Counted from the first letter of the stretch, positions 9,305 through 23,458 are shown. The stretch: 64,000 nt of DNA from Pseudomonadota bacterium (GCA_041174825.1 JBEDGC010000005.1:2105-66104), one strand, 5' to 3'. Numbers and translations are program-made. The notes: a model not told the origin generated them from the letters alone.

Positions 9305-11344
9305 TTAGCCCTTGGGCTTGTCGGCCAGCGCCGTCAGCAAGGCGGGTGTCAAAATCTGGGACAGTTCCTTGGGATCTGCCCCTTTGGCATAATAGAGATA
9401 GAGCGGCACGCCCGACCGGCCCTGCGCCTCTAGAAAGCGGCCAATGTCCGGGTCGGCATTTGTCCAATCCCCAACCATGATGATGATGCCCGCTTTGTCA
9501 AAAGCGGCCTTCACATCATCGCGGTTGATGGCGGCCTGTTCATTCACCTTGCAGGTCAAGCACCAATCGGCGGTGAAATAGAGGAAGACGGGTCGACCTT
9601 CGGCCCGCAATTGCGCAAGTTTGGAGGCGCTGAACGGCACATGGGCGCTGGCCTCGCTGCGCGCTGCTGCCGCGTTGAGTGGCACGAGCGTAATGAGCAT
9701 CAGGCTGGCAAAGGTGAGGGCGGCGGCAAAGGGAAGCGTGCTCTGCCCGCCCGCTTGTCGACGACCGATGAGGATTAACCCAAAGCTGAGCGCCAGCGTG
9801 GCAGCGATGCCGATACCAAGGCCTGCCGCCCCCGTCTGCCGCCAGAGGAGCCAGGCAAGGCCTGCTGCTGTCAGCGCCATGGGAATGGCAAGGAGGATCT
9901 GAAACCGGGCCATCCAAGGGCCGGGCTTGGGCAGGCGCGCGCGTAGGGCGGGGATATAGCCAATCAGCAAGAAGGGCAGGGCGAGACCCAGGCCAAGGCC
10001 AGCAAAAATGGCGAGCGCCGCTGCTATCGGAAGCACAAGCGCGGCGCCCAAGGCAGCCGCCATGAAGGGGCCGGTGCACGGGGTCGCGACAAAGGCGGCG
10101 AGCACCCCGGTCCAAAAGGCACCCCCCACACCATCGCGCCCGGCAAGCGATTGCCCGCCGCCAAAGCTGCGCAGGTGAAAGACCTGCGCCAGATTGAGCG
10201 TGATCGCGACAACCAGCAGCAAGAGGAGCAGAATGACCCGCGGCTCTTGCAACTGAAAGGCCCAGCCAATGGCCATGCCGCCTGCGCGCAGCGCCAACAG
10301 CGCGCCACCCAAAGCAAGGCAGGTCAGAACAACGCCCAACGTATAGGCCAGCGCCTCTTGCTGGGCCGCCTTTTGATCGCCGCCCGCACGGGCAAGGCTC
10401 ATGGCCTTGAGGCTGATCACCGGAAAGACGCAGGGCATGATATTGAGCAACAGGCCGCCCAATAAGGCGCCGCCAAGCGCCAGAAGGATTGTTGCCGCAT
10501 CAAAGGCCGGGCTGGCGGGCGGGACTGCGCCGGGCCGTGCGACAATTTCAAACCCGCGCCCATCCCCTGTGGCGATAACGCCGCGCAATTCGGTGACAGG
10601 CGTGCCGGAGGAGTCGGTTTCGATGAGGATCTCATCGCCATTGCGCACACTTTTTTGCGGGGCGGCATAGCGTAGGGCATTTTCGGTTTCGGCGTAAAAC
10701 CAAGGGTCGTTCGCTGGAACACTGGCGGGCAGGGGGAGCGCAATGCGCAGAGTCTTACCCGCTTGTTCAAAACGCCCTTCGCTGCCCAAGGGCATGGCCA
10801 AGCGCGCGCGCCATTGATCAAATAGTGCCTGATCCTTGGGTAAGATTCGGCCATCGCCCACGACCAGATCGACCGAAAGCGTCCCGCGTTCGGGCACGCA
10901 AATCTTGTCTGTGCAGGCCAGCCACTGGGCTTGCGCGCGCAAGGGGAGGCGCGTTCCGGGTGTCAGACCCTTTGGCAAGGTCAGCGGCAATAATAGCGCG
11001 TGGTCTCCGTTGAACACATGGTTCATCAACCCGGCGACCACCAACTGTTCGGGCACGGGCCAACGCATCGGGCCGAGGCGTGCGCCCTTGGGCAGGCTCC
11101 AATTCAGCTGAATGCCAACGCCTGCATCGCCGGGGTTTTTCCAATAGCCATGCCAGCCGGGCTTTGGCTGCATATCAATAGCGAGCATGATGGTTTGGCC
11201 CGCCGCCGGCGTCTGGCTTTCGGCCAATAGCCGGGTGGTGATGTTATTTTCCGCCCGCGCGGGCAAAGCGAGTGCGGCAAGCGCCAGCAGCGTTGTCATC
11301 ATCAGGCCACGAAGGGCGGCTACGGAAAGTCCTTGCGAGGTCAT
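9305..11344 (-). CDS. DsbD-family thiol:disulfide interchange protein
   Basis: Signal peptide, N-terminal domain with CTDKIC, CcdA-type TM core (CVFPV, PCTGP) and C-terminal thioredoxin WCLTCK. Start trimmed to MTSQGL at 11344. Confidence 0.85.
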   Translation of the reverse strand: MTSQGLSVAALRGLMMTTLLALAALALPARAENNITTRLLAESQTPAAGQTIMLAIDMQPKPGWHGYWKNPGDAGVGIQLNWSLPKGARLGPMRWPVPEQLVVAGLMNHVFNGDHALLLPLTLPKGLTPGTRLPLRAQAQWLACTDKICVPERGTLSVDLVVGDGRILPKDQALFDQWRARLAMPLGSEGRFEQAGKTLRIALPLPASVPANDPWFYAETENALRYAAPQKSVRNGDEILIETDSSGTPVTELRGVIATGDGRGFEIVARPGAVPPASPAFDAATILLALGGALLGGLLLNIMPCVFPVISLKAMSLARAGGDQKAAQQEALAYTLGVVLTCLALGGALLALRAGGMAIGWAFQLQEPRVILLLLLLVVAITLNLAQVFHLRSFGGGQSLAGRDGVGGAFWTGVLAAFVATPCTGPFMAAALGAALVLPIAAALAIFAGLGLGLALPFLLIGYIPALRARLPKPGPWMARFQILLAIPMALTAAGLAWLLWRQTGAAGLGIGIAATLALSFGLILIGRRQAGGQSTLPFAAALTFASLMLITLVPLNAAAARSEASAHVPFSASKLAQLRAEGRPVFLYFTADWCLTCKVNEQAAINRDDVKAAFDKAGIIIMVGDWTNADPDIGRFLEAQGRSGVPLYLYYAKGADPKELSQILTPALLTALADKPKG

Positions 11345-11392
11345 GGTCTGCTCTATAGCCAAGCTTGCAAGAGATTGCACAGGAGACTTTGG

Positions 11393-13075
<1,683 letters not shown>

Positions 13076-13156
13076 AATCTGAAATAATGTCATAGATTGG
13101 TGCATTGCCAGTTTTTTGGTTGGACCGGAAAGCTGGCTTGCCTTAGCCTTGTTGCC

Positions 13157-13858
13157 ATGTCGGATTGCGCAGCCTGTCTTGTTCGGAACCGAGCTATTTG
13201 TTCGGCGCTGGCAGAGGATGAACTCGCCTTGCTGTCCAAGATGGGGCGCAAGCACCATGTGACGCGCGGTCAAACCCTTGTTTGGGAAGGGGATGAGGCG
13301 CTGGTTGTCGCCAATGTCATTCAGGGGGTGCTGAAACTCTCTGTTTCAACAGCGGATGGGCGCGAACAAATTGTCGGCGTCGTTTTCCCGTCAGATTTTA
13401 TTGGGCGGCCGTTCGGCACAGAAAGTCCCTATGGCGTCACGGCGCTGACCGATGCCGAAATCTGCATTTTCACGCGCGCCGCCTTTGAGGATTTTGCCAA
13501 AGATCATCCGGATCTTCAGCATAAGCTGTTGCAACGCACTTTGGATGAGCTGGATCGGGCGCGCCAATGGATGATGCTGCTCGGTCGCAAGACGGCGAGC
13601 GAGCGGATTGCCACGCTGCTGTTGGAAATGTCGAACCGCTTGGGCGGGGCGACATGCGCTGCCATTGCGCCCTTTCTGGATGAATTTGATCTGCCGATGG
13701 ACCGTCAGCAAATGGGGGATGTTCTTGGCCTGACGATTGAAACGGTCAGTCGTCAGCTCACCAAGCTGAAAGAGGCGGCGGTCATCGAGCTGCCAGACCG
13801 CAGGCGCGTGATCATCAAGGATCGCCGCCGTTTGGAACAGCTTGCCCTTGCCGCCTGA
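13157..13858 (+). CDS. Crp/Fnr-family transcriptional regulator, FnrL/FNR-like with N-terminal Cys cluster
   Basis: N-terminal C-x2-C-x7-C plus a central Cys (AEICIF), a cNMP-like beta-roll, and a C-terminal HTH (MGDVLGLTIETVSRQLTKL). Confidence 0.85.
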   Translation: MSDCAACLVRNRAICSALAEDELALLSKMGRKHHVTRGQTLVWEGDEALVVANVIQGVLKLSVSTADGREQIVGVVFPSDFIGRPFGTESPYGVTALTDAEICIFTRAAFEDFAKDHPDLQHKLLQRTLDELDRARQWMMLLGRKTASERIATLLLEMSNRLGGATCAAIAPFLDEFDLPMDRQQMGDVLGLTIETVSRQLTKLKEAAVIELPDRRRVIIKDRRRLEQLALAA

Positions 13859-13878
13859 GGCCCATTTCGCAGCGGCCC

Positions 13879-14688
13879 TTATCGGCCAAGATAAACGGGA
13901 ATATCAGACCCTATGGTCAGCCGCCGGGTCACGCCGCCCAGCAAGTTTTCCCGCAGACGGGAATGGCCATAGGCGCCGATCAATATGGCCCCTGCACCCT
14001 GCGACTTGGCAATGTCCGCCAAAACCTTGTCCGCAGGTCCGGCCTCTTCCTCAAAACTAACCAGATCCGATGTGATGTCGTGCCGTGACAAATAGGTGGA
14101 CGCCTCAGTCTGCGGAAAAGCCTCGCCCTCTTCGCCGATCGAGACCAGTGTGACGCTGGTTGCCAGCTTGAGCGCAGGCAGGCCGAGGCGGATTGCGCGT
14201 GCGGCCTCTGCAGAGGCATTCCAGCCGACCACAATCGGTGCTGTTGCATCCATCTGTGTCACTTTTTCGGGGACGACGAGAACGGCACAGCCGCCATGCA
14301 CCACGATGTCATCGACCAAGGGCCAAGGCTTGCTGCTGCTCGACCCCTTGCCGGACTGACTGACAATCAGCAAATCCGCCAGCGCCGAAAGGGAGATAAG
14401 CGTCTGAGCCGGATCGCCATCATAGGACTGCCAATCCCAACGGACATCCTCTCGGGCCAGACGGTCTTCGACATGCTTGGCGGTGCGCTTTTCGCTTTCA
14501 CGCAGGCTTTCGATAATCGCGCCGCTCGCGAATATCCCACCGACGGGATCAAGGCCAACATAAGCGGAATAGGGCGTAATATAGACGCATGTCAGATGCG
14601 CATCATGGGCGCGACATAAGTCCAGCGCGACGGACAATCTGCCGTCAAGGGCATCATCTTCATAGATGTGGAGCAAGATCGACTTCAC
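13879..14688 (-). CDS. Universal stress protein, tandem UspA domains
   Basis: Two Usp domains, the second ending GSxxxxLLGGVT-like (HSRLRENLLGGVTRRL). GTG start at 14688 is preferred because AGGAAAGG lies upstream and an FNR box lies 90 bp upstream. The ORF track extends to 14763. Confidence 0.8.
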   Translation of the reverse strand: MKSILLHIYEDDALDGRLSVALDLCRAHDAHLTCVYITPYSAYVGLDPVGGIFASGAIIESLRESEKRTAKHVEDRLAREDVRWDWQSYDGDPAQTLISLSALADLLIVSQSGKGSSSSKPWPLVDDIVVHGGCAVLVVPEKVTQMDATAPIVVGWNASAEAARAIRLGLPALKLATSVTLVSIGEEGEAFPQTEASTYLSRHDITSDLVSFEEEAGPADKVLADIAKSQGAGAILIGAYGHSRLRENLLGGVTRRLTIGSDIPVYLGR

Positions 14689-14771
14689 CAACTGCACCTT
14701 TCCTTCGTTTCTAGAACAAGGGAAATGCACGAGATGCGAACTTGTGTCCTTGATTGGGCACAAAAACTTTG

Positions 14772-14785
14772 TTGATCGAAGTCAA
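14772..14785. promoter_or_regulatory. FNR/FixK-type box TTGAT-CGAA-GTCAA
   Basis: 9 of 10 match to TTGAT-N4-ATCAA. Sits upstream of the usp gene and one gene away from the Fnr-like regulator. Confidence 0.6.
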
Positions 14786-14821
14786 GGTGACGGAGCAGCG
14801 GCAGGTTCGCCGCACGCTGGG

Positions 14822-15526
14822 TTAGAAGAAATAGCTCAGAGTTGCCTGCACATTTTGGAAGGTGGCATGGTCCTTGATGCTCCGGTCTCGCGTGTCGGTC
14901 AGGGCAAAGGATTTGGCACGAAAATACCGATACTTCACCCCAATAGAGATGTTCTCTGTCAAAGGCTCGCGCGCACCGGCCAAAAGCTGCCAAGCGAGGC
15001 CATTATCGCGGTCGTTGAGAAAGGGCACGCCAGACGCAATGGCATAGCGGCGTGCTGCAAATTGGGCATAGCCAACTCCCGCGCCTGCAAAAAACTTGGT
15101 CTGATTTGCATCCCCAATTTGGGCATAGCCATTCAGCATCGCGGACCGTGCCCGGGTGATCCCGGAAAATGCCGTAAAGCTGCCCTGAGACAGGATTGGC
15201 GTTGTCGTGCCTGCAATTAGGCGGATCGGGATCGGTACGGTCGTGGTGACCTTGTTCAGATGGGCGGAGCGCTGGCTCACCTCCACTTCGGCGCGCAACA
15301 GGCCGAAATCCATGCCCGCAGCCGCAGCCAGATCATAGCCTGTTTTGTGTGAAAGGGTGATGCCGTTGGTGGTCGGGTTGGGTGTTGTCCCAACCGTCAT
15401 GCCCAATTTATTGACCCATGCGGATCCAGCCGAGAGTTCAACAAAAGGGCGCGGGCCATTCTCTGCCAGAGCAGGGGCGGTAGATAGAGCAAGGCCAAGC
15501 ACTGCCCCTAAGGCTGTCGATTTCAT
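14822..15526 (-). CDS. Outer-membrane beta-barrel protein (OmpA-like TM / porin-family)
   Basis: Signal peptide MKSTALGAVLGLALSTAPALA, alternating beta-strand pattern and C-terminal ...LSYFF. Strong SD GGGAGGGGAG lies before the ATG at 15526. Confidence 0.7.
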   Translation of the reverse strand: MKSTALGAVLGLALSTAPALAENGPRPFVELSAGSAWVNKLGMTVGTTPNPTTNGITLSHKTGYDLAAAAGMDFGLLRAEVEVSQRSAHLNKVTTTVPIPIRLIAGTTTPILSQGSFTAFSGITRARSAMLNGYAQIGDANQTKFFAGAGVGYAQFAARRYAIASGVPFLNDRDNGLAWQLLAGAREPLTENISIGVKYRYFRAKSFALTDTRDRSIKDHATFQNVQATLSYFF

Positions 15527-15675
15527 ACTCCCCTCCCTCTCCCGAACACGCAACCTCCTTGGCCCGGCAGGATGGGGGAGCACCACTTTCCTTATGGCTT
15601 AAATGCCTAATCTTTTTGCCAGAGAGGGTCTGGTTGCGGTCGGATTGGCACGCAAATTTAGAGAGAATGGACGGA

Positions 15676-15751
15676 TGGTGGAGCTGAGGGGAATCGAACC
15701 CCTGACCTCATCATTGCGAACGATGCGCTCTACCAACTGAGCTACAGCCCC
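15676..15751 (-). tRNA. tRNA-Ala (anticodon CGC)
   Basis: 76-nt cloverleaf folded by hand. Features are acceptor GGGGCTG with G3:U70, anticodon loop TTCGCAA, T-loop TTCGATT and encoded CCA. Confidence 0.95.
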
Positions 15752-15866
15752 GCACCCGTGGGACGCGCCTTAACGCTGGCGGTGGCGCGTTGCAATGGGC
15801 TTGCGCTGTCGCACTCTGTCAGCGCGTGGCCTTGCCAAAGGCTGCTGGCCGCCGCACAAAGGGCCT

Positions 15867-16403
15867 ATGCGGTTGATCACCATAGCTTGGACAGGCCTTG
15901 CAACGCTGCTGCTCATGGCGTGCGCAACCATCCCTGCGCCACCCCGTCCGTCCGCACCTGTGGCCCGTCCGTCCGCTCCGCCGTCCATCGCACCGCCCAT
16001 TGCCAATTGGGAAGATCGCCGTGCCGCGCCCGGCGATTGGGTCTATCGTCCAGAGCCAAGGGGTGGTCTGGCCCTTTTTGGTCGGCATCAAGGCCCAGCA
16101 GATTTGGTGGTGGCTTGTGATCGGCCCAGCGGGCGGATCCTCCTTTCGCGATTTGGCCTGATGCCATCGGGCCTGGCAGCGCAGATGATCGTGCGCGCGA
16201 CAGACGCCAGCCGTTCCTATCCGGCGCAGGCAAGCATGGCGTTGCCCGGCTATATCTCTGCGGAGCTCGCCGCCAAAGACCCGATGCTGGACGCGATGGT
16301 GCACAGCCGCGGCGCCTTTCTCATCAGCGTGGCGGGCACAGAAGACCTCATCGTCCCGACATGGGCCGAATTTGCGCGCGTTGTGGAAGAGTGTCGGCGC
16401 TGA
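15867..16403 (+). CDS. Hypothetical lipoprotein
   Basis: [19 protein letters not shown] lipobox, then a Pro/Ala-rich linker. No recognisable domain. Confidence 0.5.
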   Translation: MRLITIAWTGLATLLLMACATIPAPPRPSAPVARPSAPPSIAPPIANWEDRRAAPGDWVYRPEPRGGLALFGRHQGPADLVVACDRPSGRILLSRFGLMPSGLAAQMIVRATDASRSYPAQASMALPGYISAELAAKDPMLDAMVHSRGAFLISVAGTEDLIVPTWAEFARVVEECRR

Positions 16404-16693
16404 TCGCAGATCGCCCTGCACCAAGCCCGAACCATTAAGTCTGACAGCATCTTGCAACTTTACAAGACTTGAATCTTCGATCGCTTCGACTCATCTTGGT
16501 CGGGCAACCCAAGAGGGTTGCTAGGCGCAACTAGCGAAAGGAGGTGATCCGATGTCTCATGGTCCAGCTAAGAGGTCGGAAAGGGTGATTCGGGGATAGG
16601 CGCGGTGACCGCAGCCTTTGGTCTCCTCGGCAATGGCACCGCTTCGTTCTAAACGCTTGCGGGCCCATTCCTCCGATCGCTGACCATGCGGAA

Positions 16694-16723
16694 GGGTCGT
16701 AAAGCCTCATGGCTTTGCGGCCC
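16694..16723. terminator. 13-bp-stem hairpin just downstream of gyrB stop (possibly bidirectional)
   Basis: GGGTCGTAAAGCC-TCAT-GGCTTTGCGGCCC lies 21 bp from the gyrB stop and is followed by TTCT on the plus strand. The U-tract is weak on both strands. Confidence 0.5.
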
Positions 16724-16743
16724 TTCTCATGTGCGGCATGCAG

Positions 16744-19413
<2,670 letters not shown>

Positions 19414-19423
19414 TCAGATGAGC

Positions 19424-20680
19424 TCAATAGTGGGAGAGTTCCACTTTCATGCTCTTATAGCCGTGCACAAAGCTTGCCGGAACGCGCGTTGGCTCTTCCA
19501 GCACATTCACGCGCAGGCGGCGCTTTTGCATTTCGGAAATCAGCGTCGTCAGCTGCAATTCCGCAACGCGCGCGCCGACGCAGCGGTGAATGCCATAGCC
19601 AAAGGACAAATGCCGGCGGGCATTTTCGCGGTCGACAATGATCTTGTCGCCATTTGGGAACACGCTTTCATCGCGGTTGGCCGAAATATACCAGAGCGCA
19701 AGCTTATCCCGCTTTTTGATCTGGTGGCCGAACAACTCAGTATCTTCGGTTGCCGTGCGGCGCATGTGCGCCAGCGGCGTTTGCCAGCGGATCAATTCAT
19801 GCATCGCATTCACGGCCAGATCATGGCTGTGATTTTGCTCCAGCTTTGCGCGCTCTTCGGGGAATTTATCCATGCCATAGGCAAAGGCGGTCATGGAATT
19901 ACGGGTTGTGTCATTGCCGCCGACAATCAGGAGAATGAGGTTCCCCATAAACTCCTGATGGCTCATATGCTTCATCGCATCGGATTGGAGCATGACAGAG
20001 ATGAGATCATGCTGGCCGGGGCTTTTTGCCTTGCGATCCCAAAGCTCTTTGAAGGACGCCCCCATTTCAAAGGCGGTGGCCAGCCGACTTTGGCGCTTTT
20101 CCAGCGTGTCAAAACTTTCAATATCGCCCAGCATATCGGACCAATAGGTGAGCTTGTGACGCTCTTCCCAAGGGAAGTCGAATAGGATGGCCAGCATCTG
20201 GGTCGTCAATTCAATCGACAGCTTTTCCACCCAGTCAAAAGGCTTGCCGATGGGCAGGCTGTCCAGCACGGCCGCTGTGCGCGCGATGGTGTCGGCGCGC
20301 ATCCGCTCCACCTCTGTCGGGCCAAAAGCGGGCGCAACCGTGCGCCGCTGTGCGGTATGCTGGGGCGGGTCCATCGCGATGAACATGGGCATCGGGACGT
20401 CGCCCTCTTGCAGGTTGTCGACGCCGTCTCCCGCAACGGTAATGCCGCCATATTCCCAGCTGGAGGAAAAGACCTTGGGCAACGCCTCAATATGCTGGAT
20501 CGGCTTGTAGGTCGTGACCGACCAGTAAGGTCCGAACTTCGATTCCGGACAATAGTTAATTGGCGCGTCTTGCCGCATCTGGCGGAACGGCTCCTGCCAG
20601 GCATCTTGCGCATATAATTCCGCACGCGACACATCCCAGGGGTTCACATCCTGATCCGTGTCCTTGAGCACTGTCGCCAT
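19424..20680 (-). CDS. Cytochrome P450, CYP153 family (terminal alkane/alkyl hydroxylase type)
   Basis: Shows FGPYWSVT..., the CYP153-specific I-helix LLIVGGNDTTRN, EIIRWQTPL-like HELIRWQTPLAHMRR, and heme loop FGYGIHRCVG. Confidence 0.9.
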   Translation of the reverse strand: MATVLKDTDQDVNPWDVSRAELYAQDAWQEPFRQMRQDAPINYCPESKFGPYWSVTTYKPIQHIEALPKVFSSSWEYGGITVAGDGVDNLQEGDVPMPMFIAMDPPQHTAQRRTVAPAFGPTEVERMRADTIARTAAVLDSLPIGKPFDWVEKLSIELTTQMLAILFDFPWEERHKLTYWSDMLGDIESFDTLEKRQSRLATAFEMGASFKELWDRKAKSPGQHDLISVMLQSDAMKHMSHQEFMGNLILLIVGGNDTTRNSMTAFAYGMDKFPEERAKLEQNHSHDLAVNAMHELIRWQTPLAHMRRTATEDTELFGHQIKKRDKLALWYISANRDESVFPNGDKIIVDRENARRHLSFGYGIHRCVGARVAELQLTTLISEMQKRRLRVNVLEEPTRVPASFVHGYKSMKVELSHY

Positions 20681-20845
20681 GACCGAAATCCTCTCTTTAT
20701 GATCGAGTCTGCTGGGCAGTCTGCCACTGTTTACACTCGTGTCAATGAGATTTGCCTAAGGCTGCGATAAGCCGCTTTGAAATGCGCCGAGGTGAGGCGG
20801 CGCCACCTGCATTTCTTCTTGAGGCCTGACGTGGTAGCAAGGCCC

Positions 20846-21910
20846 ATGGCGCAGAAACCCGCACCCAAAACCCTCACAGTCGCGGCAATTAAGGACGAGG
20901 CGGCGCGACTGGGATTTGCAGCCTGTGGGATTACCCATGCCGGGCATGATTTCAGCGCGCCTTTGACCGATTGGCTGGCTATCGGCGGGCATGGGGAGAT
21001 GGCCTGGATGGCCGACCGGGCCGAGCAACGCGCAGCGCCCCAAAGGCTGTGGCCAGAGGCGCGATCGGCCATCATGTTGGGGATGAGCTATGCCCCCAAA
21101 GTCGATCCGCTGGCGCTGGCTGAGTTTGGCGACCGCGGACGCATTTCGGTCTATGCCCAGGGTCAGGATTATCATGACATTGTGAAAAAGGCATTGAAGG
21201 CGCTGGCGCGTTGGATGGTTGATCAGTCCCCCTGCGCGCTCAAAGTGTTTGTGGATACAGCGCCCGTCATGGAAAAGCCGCTGGCGGGTGAGGCCGGGCT
21301 GGGGTGGCAGGGCAAGCACAGCAACCTTGTCAGCCGCGACCATGGCAGTTGGTTGTTCTTAGGGGCGATCTATACAACGCTCGATCTGCCGACCGATCCG
21401 CCTGCAGCCGACGCGTGCGGCAGCTGTTCTGCCTGCCACACCGCTTGCCCGACGGATGCGTTCATCGCGCCCTACAGGCTCGATGCGCGGCGGTGCATTT
21501 CTTACCTCACCATTGAGCATAAGGGCCCGATCCCGCAGGAATTTCGGCGGGCGATTGGTAATCGCATTTACGGCTGCGACGATTGTTTGGCGGTCTGTCC
21601 TTGGAATAAATTTGCCGATGCGGCCGCTGCCAATCGGGCCTTTGCGCCGCGTGCAGAATTGGTGGCGCCGCGCCTCGCCGACCTTTTGGCACTCGATGAT
21701 GCGGCGTTCCGACAGGTTTTTTCCGGTTCCCCCATCAAGCGGATTGGCCGTGATCGGATGGTCCGCAATGCCGCGATTGCTGCAGGCAATAGCGGCGATC
21801 CCGCCTTGATCCCCGCGCTGCAGCGTCTTGGAGGCGATGGATCAGAGGTGGTGCGTGAGGCCGCCCATTGGGCGCTTGAAGAACTTAGCGCCGCCAGCGC
21901 AGCGCCGTGA
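20846..21910 (+). CDS. queG: Epoxyqueuosine reductase
   Basis: Two ferredoxin-type clusters ([23 protein letters not shown]) and a C-terminal HEAT-like repeat. Start trimmed to MAQKP. Confidence 0.9.
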   Translation: MAQKPAPKTLTVAAIKDEAARLGFAACGITHAGHDFSAPLTDWLAIGGHGEMAWMADRAEQRAAPQRLWPEARSAIMLGMSYAPKVDPLALAEFGDRGRISVYAQGQDYHDIVKKALKALARWMVDQSPCALKVFVDTAPVMEKPLAGEAGLGWQGKHSNLVSRDHGSWLFLGAIYTTLDLPTDPPAADACGSCSACHTACPTDAFIAPYRLDARRCISYLTIEHKGPIPQEFRRAIGNRIYGCDDCLAVCPWNKFADAAAANRAFAPRAELVAPRLADLLALDDAAFRQVFSGSPIKRIGRDRMVRNAAIAAGNSGDPALIPALQRLGGDGSEVVREAAHWALEELSAASAAP

Positions 21911-22220
21911 TACAGCTGTTGCGTTCGGCATCGCGCCCATCGGGCACGCGGGCGGCCGTATAGACGGCGATGGGCGTTTCGCCTTGGGCTTTCGGATAGA
22001 GATAAACATCCAAAATGCAGGATGTGTTCGCAAATTGCAGCTTACGGCCGATCCCTTCCCTTATGTCTTGCACCGGGGGGCCGAGTAGCAGGATGAGGGC
22101 GGCGGCATCCTTGCCCATCACCCTGCCAAGTTCCCCTGCGGGTGCAGGCGGATCTTCAGCCGTCACCTGTGCCGGCGCCAGCAGCATCAAGGCTGCCCAG
22201 ATCAAGAAAAATCCCCGCAT
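21885..22220 (-). CDS. Hypothetical secreted protein
   Basis: Signal peptide [21 protein letters not shown]. Its 3' end overlaps the queG 3' end convergently by 26 nt. Confidence 0.45.
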   Translation of the reverse strand: MRGFFLIWAALMLLAPAQVTAEDPPAPAGELGRVMGKDAAALILLLGPPVQDIREGIGRKLQFANTSCILDVYLYPKAQGETPIAVYTAARVPDGRDAERNSCITALRWRR

Positions 22221-22252
22221 GGCGGCCTGATTGGCAATGCGGTCGTCCCGCG

Positions 22253-23458
22253 TCAATCTTTGTCGGCACCGGGTTGGCGTAATCGCCAAACACGCCGATT
22301 GGGGCCAATGTTGAACCGTCGTGTGATTGTATAGTCGATCGTCGTGAACAGAAAATAAGCGAGGAACCAGCGCAGGCGACGGAACCGTCCCGACACCTGC
22401 TTCAGCCAATGCTGATCAATCTTCTGGCATTGGGGCAAATGGGCTTGGGCCAAGGCGCGCATCCGATCTGCAAAACCCGCATTGTCGACACGCAGCATGA
22501 TTTCGACATTTAAGAAGATACTGCGCGTGTCATAATTAGCAGAGCCGATATAGACGATGCTGTCGGCAATGATCAGCTTCATGTGCAAGCGCGCGGGGCG
22601 ATATTCATAAATCTCTGCCCCCCCGCGCAACAACCGCCCATAGCAATGGCGCGCGGCCGCCACGGTTGTTGTATTGTCCGACCGAGCGGCGGTGACCAGC
22701 AACAAGCGGCCCCGCCGCGCCACCCGCGCCAGCCGCCGCAAAAAGGTGAAGTCGGGCGCAAAATAGGCTTGGATCATATCAACTTGCCGGGCCTGATCCA
22801 AATCCGCGCGCAAATGTCTGGCATAGGGGTTGAGGCGCTCAAATGGGCCACCCATGCGCCAGCATATGGGGCCGTTTGATGTACTGCCGGCCATTAGCAG
22901 GTGCTGCAATTCCCGAATGCTCTGCTTGTCGCTGCGGATCCAAGCCAATAGCGCATCGACATAGGCCGATAGGCTGGCCACTTGGGGGCCGGTGAGTGTC
23001 GCCATGAGGTCGTGCCAATGGGCGCCGGCTGGTCCGTCCTGATAATAATCTGCCGCGATGTTGGCGCCGCCAATCAAGGCCGTCTGGTCATCGGCAATCA
23101 GGATTTTCTGATGATTTCGCAAGAGATAGCGCCGACCCTTATGGGGTAAAAACCGATCCACCCTTGCACCGGCATCGCGCAAGGGGCGCAGAAAGGCGTC
23201 AGCAAGGTCCCCACTGCCAAAGCCGTCAATCACCAGAGCAACGGACACGCCGCGCGCGCAGGCGCGCACCAAAGCATCGCGCACAAGGTAACCAACCATG
23301 TCCTCGGCATATATATAAAAGATGAGCCGCAAGCTCTTGCGCGCCGAGTCGATTGTCGCGACCAAGGCCGTTAGTCGCGCGTCGCCGGAGACATGGATAT
23401 CCAGCTGATGGTCATCGATCACGGTCGATATTGGGTCAAAAGGGGGCTGGGCGCTCAC
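22253..23458 (-). CDS. Phospholipase D-family protein (cardiolipin synthase ClsB-like)
   Basis: Two HKD motifs (HQKILIADD; HMKLIIADSIVYIGSANYDTRS). The ORF track extends to 23581 and would overlap the rpoZ start. GTG at 23458 is an alternative, so the start is uncertain. Confidence 0.8.
   Translation of the reverse strand: MSAQPPFDPISTVIDDHQLDIHVSGDARLTALVATIDSARKSLRLIFYIYAEDMVGYLVRDALVRACARGVSVALVIDGFGSGDLADAFLRPLRDAGARVDRFLPHKGRRYLLRNHQKILIADDQTALIGGANIAADYYQDGPAGAHWHDLMATLTGPQVASLSAYVDALLAWIRSDKQSIRELQHLLMAGSTSNGPICWRMGGPFERLNPYARHLRADLDQARQVDMIQAYFAPDFTFLRRLARVARRGRLLLVTAARSDNTTTVAAARHCYGRLLRGGAEIYEYRPARLHMKLIIADSIVYIGSANYDTRSIFLNVEIMLRVDNAGFADRMRALAQAHLPQCQKIDQHWLKQVSGRFRRLRWFLAYFLFTTIDYTITRRFNIGPNRRVWRLRQPGADKD

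Noticed and set aside
16536-16550. Possibility that the GGATCACCTCCTTTC match (minus strand) is a remnant of an rRNA operon
   Set aside because: Similarity ends at 15 nt. The flanking bases (ACATC before GGATCACC) do not match the conserved 16S ...GCGGCTGGATCACC context, and no tRNA/23S features follow.
16640-16700. Minus-strand stretch GGTCAGCGATCGGAGGAATGGGCC, superficially like the SRP (4.5S) RNA domain IV motif GGUCAGGUCCGGAAGGAAGCAGCC
   Set aside because: The CCGGAAGG GNRA-hairpin and symmetric-loop nucleotides are not conserved, and no matching 3' strand is present. It is not an ffs gene.
16531-16710. 59-codon minus-strand ORF in the gyrB-downstream spacer
   Set aside because: It starts inside the terminator hairpin, has no SD, and its product is Arg/Pro/Ser-rich low-complexity sequence. 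It is probably non-coding.
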